From NCBI GenBank assembly GCA_041665885.1, contig JBAYHY010000001.1, positions 5,715 through 69,714 of the forward strand: a DNA stretch of 64,000 bases, in the 5' to 3' direction. Shown here piece after piece: positions 53,366 to 62,117 of the stretch; the first letter of the stretch is position 1, and each line of letters begins with the position of its first letter. Under the pieces are notes generated by a model that did not search any database, was not told the origin of the DNA, and was given only the letters and a program-made list of their open reading frames with translations. Made by a program: the position numbers and the translations under genes. Source of the DNA: Minisyncoccota bacterium (GTDB lineage: Bacteria; Patescibacteriota; Minisyncoccia; Phycocordibacterales; UBA9973).

Positions 53366-55201
53366 TTAGTTGTCGTTGCCGGTTCGCATCATTTTCAAAA
53401 ACACATCTTGCGAGATGTTTACTTTTGCATTTTCTTTCATCTTGGCCTTACCTCTCTTTTGTTTTTCCAAAAGTTTCTTCTTCCTGCTAACGTCCCCGCC
53501 TCCGACCACTTTACTACCATGCATTAAAACATCTTTCCGAAAAGCGGAAACGGTTTCTGAGGCAATTATTCTCCCCAGGGCCTTGCCCTGAATCTTAAAA
53601 GCGAACTGATGACGAGAAATAACCTTTTTCAGTCTTTCAACCTGATTTCTGGCCTCCTCCTCCACCCGACGACGAGAAACCACTCGGCAGAAAGCCATGA
53701 CTGGTTCATCGGCTACTAAAATATCTAAACGAACCACATCCGCCTCTCTATATTCTCCGATTTCATAGGAGATAGAACCATAACCAGAGGTAATACTTTT
53801 CAAATCATCAAAAAAATTACGCATCAGCTCGCGCAGGGGCATTTCCAGACTTATGGCTGAACGGTTGTCTCCGAAATTCTCCGTCACGTGAACCTCTGCT
53901 TCGTGGTCAAAAAGGAAAGGCATCAGCACGCTCGTGTATATTTGCGGAGTAATAATTTTCACCTTCACCCACGGTTCATAGACTTTTGCTATCTGGCTGT
54001 CCTCCGGGAAAAAATGGGGCGAATAAACTATCTGCTCCTTTTGGTTTTTTAAAACAACTTTATAGGTGATAGACGGCATGGTGACGACAAGGTGCAGTCC
54101 GAATTCCCTCTTCAGGCGCTCAGTAATTATCTCAAGATGAAGCATTCCCAAAAAGCCACAACGAAATCCTTTACCCAACGTCCCAGAGGCCTCCTCCTCA
54201 TATGAAAAAGCAGAATCAGACAAACGAAGTTTCCCCAAGGAAAGCTTTAGGTCAGGGAAATCATCAGCGTCCTCCGGATATACCGAGGCCCATACTACGG
54301 GTTTTGGATTCATATACCCCGGCAGAGCTGGCAACGGTCTTTTGCTAAAAGTAATCGTATCTCCGACGGAGGCAATACCCGGTCTTTTTATTCTGGTAAC
54401 GATGTAGCCGATCTCTCCGGCACTGATTGATTCCCTCGATTCTTCTTCTGGGGAAAATGTACCGACTTCCAAAGAAATAAATTTTTCTCCGGAAACAGAA
54501 AAAATCAAAGAATCTCCTTTTTTGACGGAGCCGTCGAACACTCGAACATACACGATAACCCCACGATGGTTGTCATATTTAAAATCGAAGACCAAAGCCT
54601 GACTACTGTCTTTTGTTTCTTGAAATTTTTCCGGTGGTGGAATTCTTTTTATTATTTCTGCCAGAAGATGTTCCACCCCTTCTCCTGTTTTTCCTGAGAC
54701 CTCCAAGATGCTATCGGGATCAATATCGAGCAATAAAGCGACTTCCATTTTTATCTCATCCACCCTGGCAAGGGGTGAGTCAATTTTAGACAATACTGGG
54801 ATAATTACCAAACCACTTTCTTTGGCCATTTCTAGGGTAGTGAGTGTCTGAGCCTGTACTCCCTGAGTCGAATCTACCAACAGGATAGAGCCCTCTACGG
54901 CCTTCAGCGCCCTTGAAACCTCATAAGAGAAGTCTATGTGCCCGGGGGTATCAATAAGGTTCAAAACGTATTCTTGCCCCTCGCTTTGCTCGGGGCCGTA
55001 AGGATGGTAAACCATCCTTACGGGCTGCATTTTTATGGTTATCCCCCTTTCACGCTCTAGATCCATGGAGTCCAGCACCTGTTCACGCATTTTACGAGAC
55101 TCAATCGTGTGTGTAATTTCAAGCATCCTATCTGCCAGGGTGCTCTTGCCATGGTCAATGTGCGCGATTATACTAAAGTTTCGTATATTTTCTAGTTTCA
55201 T
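53366..55201 (-). CDS. lepA: Elongation factor 4 (LepA)
   Basis: The G-domain motifs AHIDHGKSTL, DTPGH and the LepA C-terminal domain are present. Confidence 0.9.
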   Translation of the reverse strand: MKLENIRNFSIIAHIDHGKSTLADRMLEITHTIESRKMREQVLDSMDLERERGITIKMQPVRMVYHPYGPEQSEGQEYVLNLIDTPGHIDFSYEVSRALKAVEGSILLVDSTQGVQAQTLTTLEMAKESGLVIIPVLSKIDSPLARVDEIKMEVALLLDIDPDSILEVSGKTGEGVEHLLAEIIKRIPPPEKFQETKDSSQALVFDFKYDNHRGVIVYVRVFDGSVKKGDSLIFSVSGEKFISLEVGTFSPEEESRESISAGEIGYIVTRIKRPGIASVGDTITFSKRPLPALPGYMNPKPVVWASVYPEDADDFPDLKLSLGKLRLSDSAFSYEEEASGTLGKGFRCGFLGMLHLEIITERLKREFGLHLVVTMPSITYKVVLKNQKEQIVYSPHFFPEDSQIAKVYEPWVKVKIITPQIYTSVLMPFLFDHEAEVHVTENFGDNRSAISLEMPLRELMRNFFDDLKSITSGYGSISYEIGEYREADVVRLDILVADEPVMAFCRVVSRRRVEEEARNQVERLKKVISRHQFAFKIQGKALGRIIASETVSAFRKDVLMHGSKVVGGGDVSRKKKLLEKQKRGKAKMKENAKVNISQDVFLKMMRTGNDN

Positions 55202-55254
55202 AAAATTTCTAATACCTGTCCCGTAGTGAGCTTGCTCTACTACTGGGATGTTTT

Positions 55255-57030
55255 CTATATTCTATTCTTAAATCCTCCAGCTTGTAAATCCCATAATTTT
55301 TTATAAAGTCCACCTTTTTTATTTGCTAATTCGTCATGCTTGCCATCTTCCACAATTTTTCCTTTTTCAATTACAATAATTCTGTCCATCTCTCGAATGG
55401 TGGAAAGTCTGTGCGCAATCACAATAGTGGTTTTTCCCTTAATGAGATTATGTAAAGCATCCTGAATTAAGGATTCAGAATGTGAATCAAGGGAGGATGT
55501 CGCTTCGTCCAAAATAAGAATCGGGGAATTTTTTAGAATTGCTCGGGCGATGGCTACTCGTTGCCTTTCGCCACCCGAGAGTTTTATCCCGCGCTCACCG
55601 ACGTAGGTATCATATTGGTTCGGTAGCGCATTGATAAATTCGTCACAATGAGCTAAATGGGCCGCGGCCAACACTTCTTCGTCCGTCGCATTCCTTCTGC
55701 CATAACGAATATTTTCCATCAAAGTGCGATGAAAAAGCACAGGGTCCTGCGGAACAAAGGCGATTTGCTCACGAAGATTTTTTTGCGAAATATTTTCAAT
55801 ATCGACTCCATCAATAGTAATTTTTCCGGAAGTAAGATTAAACAATCTCATCAGAAGACGCACAAAAGTGGTCTTCCCCGCACCCGACGAACCGACCACC
55901 GCGACCTTTTGCCCGGATGGAATCATCAAAGAAAAATCGTCCAATACCTTGTTATTATTGTTCTCGTAAATATATGTCACCTTATCAAAAACGACTTCTC
56001 CTTTTGTGTTATCCAAGTGCTGCGTTTCTTTATCAACAATTTCATAAGGAGTGTTCAAGACAGTCACCATCTCATAAGCATCGGCAAAACTTTCATAATA
56101 GGCGCGAACAATCGCACCGAAACTCCATAAATTATCTACTAAACGTACAAAATAACCCTGCAATAAAACAATCACAGGCAAAGTGATTAAACCAAACCTC
56201 CAGTCCCCGACGATTACCCAAAAAATAATAAACTCAGTACAAAATATATAAATAGTTTGAATGGTTCCAAGCCCCTCCCATAAATACCAATTAAATGCTA
56301 TTTTATTTTTTTGGTCCTGGACTATCTCACCCAAGTATTCTTTTTCATATCCGTGTCCGGTGAACAACTGTACCGATGAATGATTGCCGACCGAGTCAGA
56401 CAAAACACCCGTCGTTCTCGAATCAGCCTCCGCGGCGATAACATCATATTTTAATTTTAAACGAATATATATAAATGCTGTGAACAAAAATACAACACAA
56501 AAAACTGCCAGAATGTAAGAGTATTTTGGCACCAATGCATAGAAAGCAATAATTATTCCAACCCCCCGAACCAAAAGTGGCAACCCGTCTGAAGCCATCC
56601 TGTCGGTTAATTTTTCAAAAGCATTAGCATATTTATTTATTTTTCTCACCAAGGATCCACCGAAATTATTTGCAAAAAAAGAATGCGAATGACCAATCAT
56701 ATAAGAGAACGCCTGCTTGCGCAGGCCTGCCATCGTATTGGCCTCAAAGTAAACGAGAGAAAATGCGGAAATTCTGCGAAATATCCAGCGGATTATATTC
56801 AGTAAAAGAATCATGACTATTATTGATCTAGCGGCTGAAACTACAGAAAAATCATTGGCGCTTAAAACATTCCAGAGCTTTAAATATTGAAATGGTATGT
56901 AAACATCAAGACCGGAGCCGATTATTGTAAAAAAAATAATAGAAAAAAATGACAATTTATAATGTCTGATGACTTGCCAATAATATTTGAGGACTAGGCC
57001 TCGACGTAAATTTTTATAATCTCTTTCCAT
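55255..57030 (-). CDS. ABC transporter, fused permease/ATP-binding exporter (MsbA-like)
   Basis: Six TM segments are followed by an NBD with Walker A (GSSGAGKTT), the signature LSGGERQ, and Walker B (ILILDEAT). The start was set at MERDYK, downstream of an extended -10; the track ORF extends to 57081. Confidence 0.8.
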   Translation of the reverse strand: MERDYKNLRRGLVLKYYWQVIRHYKLSFFSIIFFTIIGSGLDVYIPFQYLKLWNVLSANDFSVVSAARSIIVMILLLNIIRWIFRRISAFSLVYFEANTMAGLRKQAFSYMIGHSHSFFANNFGGSLVRKINKYANAFEKLTDRMASDGLPLLVRGVGIIIAFYALVPKYSYILAVFCVVFLFTAFIYIRLKLKYDVIAAEADSRTTGVLSDSVGNHSSVQLFTGHGYEKEYLGEIVQDQKNKIAFNWYLWEGLGTIQTIYIFCTEFIIFWVIVGDWRFGLITLPVIVLLQGYFVRLVDNLWSFGAIVRAYYESFADAYEMVTVLNTPYEIVDKETQHLDNTKGEVVFDKVTYIYENNNNKVLDDFSLMIPSGQKVAVVGSSGAGKTTFVRLLMRLFNLTSGKITIDGVDIENISQKNLREQIAFVPQDPVLFHRTLMENIRYGRRNATDEEVLAAAHLAHCDEFINALPNQYDTYVGERGIKLSGGERQRVAIARAILKNSPILILDEATSSLDSHSESLIQDALHNLIKGKTTIVIAHRLSTIREMDRIIVIEKGKIVEDGKHDELANKKGGLYKKLWDLQAGGFKNRI

Positions 57031-57090
57031 ACAAAAAAAGGCAATTTTTGCCCTTTTTTTATTATAACACACAAAATTCAAATTATAAAA

Positions 57091-60000
57091 CTAGGGCGCT
57101 GGTTCCGTCGGGGGTTCCGGGGCTGGGTCAGCAGGGGCTGGGTCAGCGCAAACATTATTTACAAGTACCTGTGGAGCAACACATGTCGGGACGACTGGCG
57201 CGGGATCAGTGCAGGCGCCATCTACCAGGATTTGTGGAGCGGTGCAAACAGGCACTTCGGGAGCTGGGTCTACACATACATTGTCCACCAGGACTTGTGG
57301 AGCAACACAAGCAGGGGTGATAGGGACAACGCTTCCACCACCAGCACCCACCATCGCCTCAAGGGTGTCACCATTTGCGCAGAATTCCGTACCATCCGCT
57401 TTTGCCACACAAAGCTCTTTCGTATGAACACGATTGGCAAAGAAGTCCCCTATCCCATTCGTAGCATCTGCGAGCCAGGTACCCATGTTGGCAAAGAAAG
57501 CTGTCACGAAAGATTCGGAAGTGGAACCGGGTTCAGGGATAACTGTTCCGGCAATTCCTTCCAAGTTCAAATTGAGTTCCTTCACGGCATTAACGGTCGT
57601 GGCTAAAATAGCGTTTGTATCTAGGCCATAAGGATTCCCCAAGGAGTCATGGGTGGCCAATTCCGGAGCGACGGAATTTACTTCTTCAGAAATAAATCCG
57701 AAATGAATCGCATCGCCCATATTCATGTCCGGTTTGAATGTATACGAAACAGGACGAAGAGCCATCAGATTCGCCAAGCTGTCGGACAAATCATCGATGC
57801 TGTCCTTGAAACGTTCCGATGAAGGAGTACAAATAATGTTCCCGGAAACATCCACCGAGATAGTCCCGGCCGTGGTGCATCCCGCTTGTTGGATTACTCC
57901 CGCATTCGTCACACTAAACTTACTTACCCCTCCTACCTGTGCATCAATTAAATTCCCGCTTGTCTTTGCGGTAGGGTTGATTAAAAAATCTGTGAGAGCG
58001 GAAGAATCTGCTTTTACTAAATGCAATTGTGCTGTCGGTGCTGTTATCCCGATACCGACACTGCCGTTGTTTAGAATCGTCATCGCTGTCGTTCCAGCAC
58101 TTTCTCCCACCTTTAAAATAAGGTTTGCATTGGTCAAAGTATTTCCGGTAGTATTGTTGCCCTGTAAGGTCAGGGTGCCGTTCGCCACCGTTGAACCATT
58201 GACCAATGGGTCAGTAATTGACGTCGTAAAGGTCGGAGAATTTAGACGGACAAAATTCCCAGTCCCCGTGCCCGTGTATTCCGCCGAAGTGAGGTGGTAA
58301 TATTGATCCGCACTCCCTCCCTGCAACCCTACGAGTTGATTATGACGAACAACCATCGGAGTGTGAAAGTGAGTATAATTGGCTGTTCCATTATGTACTA
58401 GGCTAACTGTCGTATTCGATGTCCTTGTTGTTCGTCCATAAAATTTAACCACCAACCTGTCTGTAGGATTAATAGCAAAGGCCGGCTGCACGGTTGTGAC
58501 TGAAGCCAAAAATACTGAGGTAGAATTAATATCTGGAGTCTCTGTCGTAAACAAAAGCGTTTCCACTCCTCCCGAGTCTCTCTTGTAAACCTCTGCCCTG
58601 ATGACTGATATTTGGACTGTGCTACTTAAATATCCATAGATGTCAAATTGCCACACTCCAGCCTCTATGGAAGTACTTCCCAACCCGAGAGGTGAAGAAG
58701 CATATGATTCAATCAACGCTGTGCTGTTGTTCACAACAACAGAATCGACAATTTGAGGAAGACTAGTCGGGGCGGGGGTCAGGGTAACGTACGACGGAAT
58801 ATCGGAGGCAGTATCGTCTAAATAAAAACTGACTCCGGCGCCACCACTTACCGTATCTGGATTTACATTCACCCAGGTACTGCCATTATATGCCAAGACC
58901 TGGTTTGCGGTGGGTGTCAGTGCCCCAACGTCGGAAAGGTTCGCTAGTCCTATTTGTGTGCCATCAATTCTAAACAAGGACCCTGACGATAAATTCAAAT
59001 CCCCCGCTACGTCTAATTTATACCCGGGTACAATTGTTCCAATCCCGACTCTATGATTTACTGAATCCACAAAAAGAGAATTAGTGTCCACCGTTAAACT
59101 ATGAGCTCCTAAATCTACATTTGAAGTTCCCCCAGTAAAAGGAACATACGAGGAGAGACTACCCGTCGTTGCGAATGCACTCGCATGATTGCCATCCAAC
59201 ATATCTGCATTAAGATTAGAAACAAGGGTAGTCGAGGCGATAGACAATGGAGCCGTACCTGTCGCTATTGCAGACTTCAAAGTATTCCCGCGCACTTCAC
59301 CAGTATCTCCATCGAGCCAGGCTGAAGAAGTAGAGCCATTGTTTGTCTCAATATGACTCGGAGTGATGAGAGAGAGATGCCCTGTCCCATCTGTATAATT
59401 CATACCGCCAAGAAAGCCCCCCAACATGAACGAAAGGTTTTGATTTTGTGTAGGATCAGATGAATCGTTGTAAGAAAGACTAATATTGTTCGTGGCTACT
59501 GTCGTAGCTTGTGTAACCGTACCAATCGTCTGTAAAAAAGTTAAATTATTCTGAGCAAGAGAAGTGTAGTCGGTACTTGGAGTTCCGAAAAATACATTGC
59601 CGGGCTTGATTGACCCGCTGGTTGTTAAATCATTTACTCCCAAATCCACATCCCCCGTCGCCCCGGTGTAAGGCACCAGGCCAGACAAATCAGGAATACT
59701 GCCAACTGGTCCCCAGGCTGTACCATTAAAATATTTGTAAGTATTGGTAGTGGTGTCGTAAGAGAGATCTCCGGCCACTCCTGTAGGCAGTGAAGCAGTA
59801 GGAAAACCTGTGCTGTTGAAATATTTTGCCGTTAGTTTGTTTCCACCCAAAGCGACATCCCCCGTCGCCCCAGTGTAATGTAAAACATCATCAGATAAAT
59901 CATGTATCGTGTCATTGATTGAATCATATATTGCAGCCACTTGATTATCAAAGAAAGATTTAGAAACAAAAGAAGATGTGTTGATGCTCCCTCCCCCCGA

Positions 60001-60339
60001 TGAACCTTGAGGGCCTGCTGGACCTACGGGACCCTGCGCGCCAGTCGGGCCGACTGGACCACGGGGACCTGTTGGACCTGAAATTCCTTGAGAACCCTGC
60101 GCGCCAGGAGCAGCAACTTGAATCACCGGAGATGGGACATTTGTTTTTATGGGCGCTATACTTGAGGGAACGACCACTTCAAACACAAATGGAGAAATGA
60201 GATTTTTATATGCATCGACTAAATATGTAAAAGGATTGAAAGCTAGGGCTGGAGTGGCAAAAGAAAAAGTGGCCGATAGAAAGAATATCGAGATTAAAAA
60301 CTTTTTTATAAATAATATAAAACTTTTCTTTTTTAACAT
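57091..60339 (-). CDS. Large secreted fibre protein: signal peptide, collagen-like GXY repeats, long beta-rich Gly/Thr/Ser/Asn stalk, C-terminal intramolecular-chaperone (peptidase S74-like) domain and Cys-containing C-terminal repeats
   Basis: 1082 aa. The N-terminus is MLKKKSFILFIKKFLISIFFLSATFSFATPALA. A GXY run follows (GAQGSQGISGPTGPRGPVGPTGAQGPVGPAGPQG). Near the C-terminus, SSERFKDSIDDL...LRPVSYTFK...HFGFISEEV matches the tail-fibre/endosialidase chaperone signature. Three C(V/T)APQ(V/I)LVD..C.DPAP repeats follow. Confidence 0.65.
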   Translation of the reverse strand: MLKKKSFILFIKKFLISIFFLSATFSFATPALAFNPFTYLVDAYKNLISPFVFEVVVPSSIAPIKTNVPSPVIQVAAPGAQGSQGISGPTGPRGPVGPTGAQGPVGPAGPQGSSGGGSINTSSFVSKSFFDNQVAAIYDSINDTIHDLSDDVLHYTGATGDVALGGNKLTAKYFNSTGFPTASLPTGVAGDLSYDTTTNTYKYFNGTAWGPVGSIPDLSGLVPYTGATGDVDLGVNDLTTSGSIKPGNVFFGTPSTDYTSLAQNNLTFLQTIGTVTQATTVATNNISLSYNDSSDPTQNQNLSFMLGGFLGGMNYTDGTGHLSLITPSHIETNNGSTSSAWLDGDTGEVRGNTLKSAIATGTAPLSIASTTLVSNLNADMLDGNHASAFATTGSLSSYVPFTGGTSNVDLGAHSLTVDTNSLFVDSVNHRVGIGTIVPGYKLDVAGDLNLSSGSLFRIDGTQIGLANLSDVGALTPTANQVLAYNGSTWVNVNPDTVSGGAGVSFYLDDTASDIPSYVTLTPAPTSLPQIVDSVVVNNSTALIESYASSPLGLGSTSIEAGVWQFDIYGYLSSTVQISVIRAEVYKRDSGGVETLLFTTETPDINSTSVFLASVTTVQPAFAINPTDRLVVKFYGRTTRTSNTTVSLVHNGTANYTHFHTPMVVRHNQLVGLQGGSADQYYHLTSAEYTGTGTGNFVRLNSPTFTTSITDPLVNGSTVANGTLTLQGNNTTGNTLTNANLILKVGESAGTTAMTILNNGSVGIGITAPTAQLHLVKADSSALTDFLINPTAKTSGNLIDAQVGGVSKFSVTNAGVIQQAGCTTAGTISVDVSGNIICTPSSERFKDSIDDLSDSLANLMALRPVSYTFKPDMNMGDAIHFGFISEEVNSVAPELATHDSLGNPYGLDTNAILATTVNAVKELNLNLEGIAGTVIPEPGSTSESFVTAFFANMGTWLADATNGIGDFFANRVHTKELCVAKADGTEFCANGDTLEAMVGAGGGSVVPITPACVAPQVLVDNVCVDPAPEVPVCTAPQILVDGACTDPAPVVPTCVAPQVLVNNVCADPAPADPAPEPPTEPAP

Positions 60340-60425
60340 CCTTTTTCCTTGCTACCACTCTCTATTATTATACAACAATTTAACACACCAAGAAAGAAAA
60401 TACGAACAAGATATGCTTATTATTT

Positions 60426-62105
60426 CTACAGCTCTTCTTGTTGGGGAGCGATAATTCTGGCTCGCCAGAACTTCGTCTTAAGCGCCTTGATTAGTTCGTT
60501 CAATTCTTCATTCTTCAACAAATACAAAACCACCACCGCAGAAATTATGCCTAAAATTCCGGAAATAAAACCCTGCAGAAAAACACCCCAGAAAGTCGTC
60601 GTGCCGAAAACCGGAGAAAGAATATTTAAACTCAAATAGCCGACCAATCCCAGGAAAAAAGAGGCACCTAAGCTTTGGAAAAAAGTCTTGGTGATAAAGG
60701 ATTCTTCCGGCATAAAATCTTTTTTCACGAAAATCCAGTGCAGAACAAAATTTAAAATGGTACCCACAGAATACGCGAGTGGGAGCATGAGCACCTCTGT
60801 ACCAGAGATGTCACTCACCTTGAGGAGGGACTCAATAAAATATCGGAAGAAAAGCCAATTTTGAAAGAGATGAATGAAGAAAAAAGATAAAATAATAATC
60901 AAAACAGAACACAGGAGGTTTACTGTGAGCGGACGCTTCGTATTGCCCGTCGCATAATACGAACGAGATAAAAGCGTAATCATCCCCTGGGCCAAGATCG
61001 AAACAGAAAATATCGCCAAACAAGCAGCGACTAAACGAGTATCATCCCAGGAAAAAGAACCGGAGCCTAAAATCACGCGCACGATTTGAGCCCGAAGCAC
61101 AATAAAAAGAAAAATAACAGGTAAGGACCAAAAAACAATCGCCCTCGATGCTTCTTTTAGGTGTATTTTGAATTCCTCTTTTTTTCCGCCACTAAAAGAT
61201 TTCGCTAACGTCGGAAAAGCGGCGACCGCATAAGATATTCCGATAATATTCAATGGAACAGACTGAAGATTGAAAGAAAAATTAAAAATCGAGATAGACC
61301 CGCTTTTCAAAAAGGAGGCGAGCGCGATAATACAGATAAGGGCAATATTGTTGAAAGCAAGCCCCATCGTTCGCGGGAGTGAAGTCATAGCAACACTTTT
61401 AATATCCTTGAAATTAACAGCAAGGGAAAATCTGGGAGTAAAACCACAGCGATGAGAAGAAAATGCCTGAATACCGAAATGCATGAGGGCGCCTAGCGCC
61501 ACCCCCATGGCCAAGCCGGAGATTCCGAAAATCGGATAGAGCAAAATAACTCCGACAATAATTCCCACATTATAAAAAATCGGACTTAAGGAATAAATAA
61601 AAAATTTGTGGAAAAGCTGAGTGACCGTCCCGAAAAGATTCGAAAGTCCCATCAATATCGGGGAAAGAAGCATTATGCGGGAAAGCAAGACGACTTTCGC
61701 TTGATAAAATGGAGTGAAACCAGGGGCAATCAAATCCGCCAAATATGGCATCAGAAAAAAAGCGAGAAGAGCAACCAAAACCATTAGAGAAAAGAAAACG
61801 GTGAAAACATCGTTCAAATATTTCCGTGCCTTGTCGGTCACCTTGTCCCCATCCATCCGAGCAACGATAAAAGGAATAATTACCGTTATCGAAGCGAGAG
61901 AAGCGATAGAAATAAAAATTAAATCCGGCACTCGAAAAGCCGCATAATAAGCATCGAGTGCGGGCGAAGGACCGATGATGTGAGCAAAAGCCCGATCACG
62001 GAAAAGTGCCAGAACCTGAGACAAAAGAGTAAAAGAACCCAAAAGAAGTGCCGCCTGATTTATGCTTCCGGATTCTTTTGTAAAAATTCTCAGTATTTTC
62101 TCCAT
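60426..62105 (-). CDS. murJ: Lipid II flippase MurJ (MviN)
   Basis: 559 aa with 14 TM segments and MurJ N-terminal motifs (ALFRDRAFAHIIG, AFRVPDLIF). Confidence 0.85.
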   Translation of the reverse strand: MEKILRIFTKESGSINQAALLLGSFTLLSQVLALFRDRAFAHIIGPSPALDAYYAAFRVPDLIFISIASLASITVIIPFIVARMDGDKVTDKARKYLNDVFTVFFSLMVLVALLAFFLMPYLADLIAPGFTPFYQAKVVLLSRIMLLSPILMGLSNLFGTVTQLFHKFFIYSLSPIFYNVGIIVGVILLYPIFGISGLAMGVALGALMHFGIQAFSSHRCGFTPRFSLAVNFKDIKSVAMTSLPRTMGLAFNNIALICIIALASFLKSGSISIFNFSFNLQSVPLNIIGISYAVAAFPTLAKSFSGGKKEEFKIHLKEASRAIVFWSLPVIFLFIVLRAQIVRVILGSGSFSWDDTRLVAACLAIFSVSILAQGMITLLSRSYYATGNTKRPLTVNLLCSVLIIILSFFFIHLFQNWLFFRYFIESLLKVSDISGTEVLMLPLAYSVGTILNFVLHWIFVKKDFMPEESFITKTFFQSLGASFFLGLVGYLSLNILSPVFGTTTFWGVFLQGFISGILGIISAVVVLYLLKNEELNELIKALKTKFWRARIIAPQQEEL

Positions 62106-62117
62106 TAGCTATGCAAT

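Noticed and set aside
2011-58300. Numerous antisense or internal ORFs of 60-190 aa, e.g. 2011-2415 plus, 12531-12785 plus, 47723-48010 plus, 48331-48720 plus, 57725-58300 plus
   Set aside because: They lie wholly within strongly supported genes on the opposite strand or in another frame. They have low-complexity or hydrophobic composition, no RBS, and no family resemblance.
59990-60130. Short-period (9-nt) nucleotide repeats that could be mistaken for a repeat array
   Set aside because: They are the collagen-like Gly-X-Y codons (GPxGxxGxxG) inside the 1082-aa ORF. There are no spacers and no CRISPR-like structure. No CRISPR array is present anywhere in the window.
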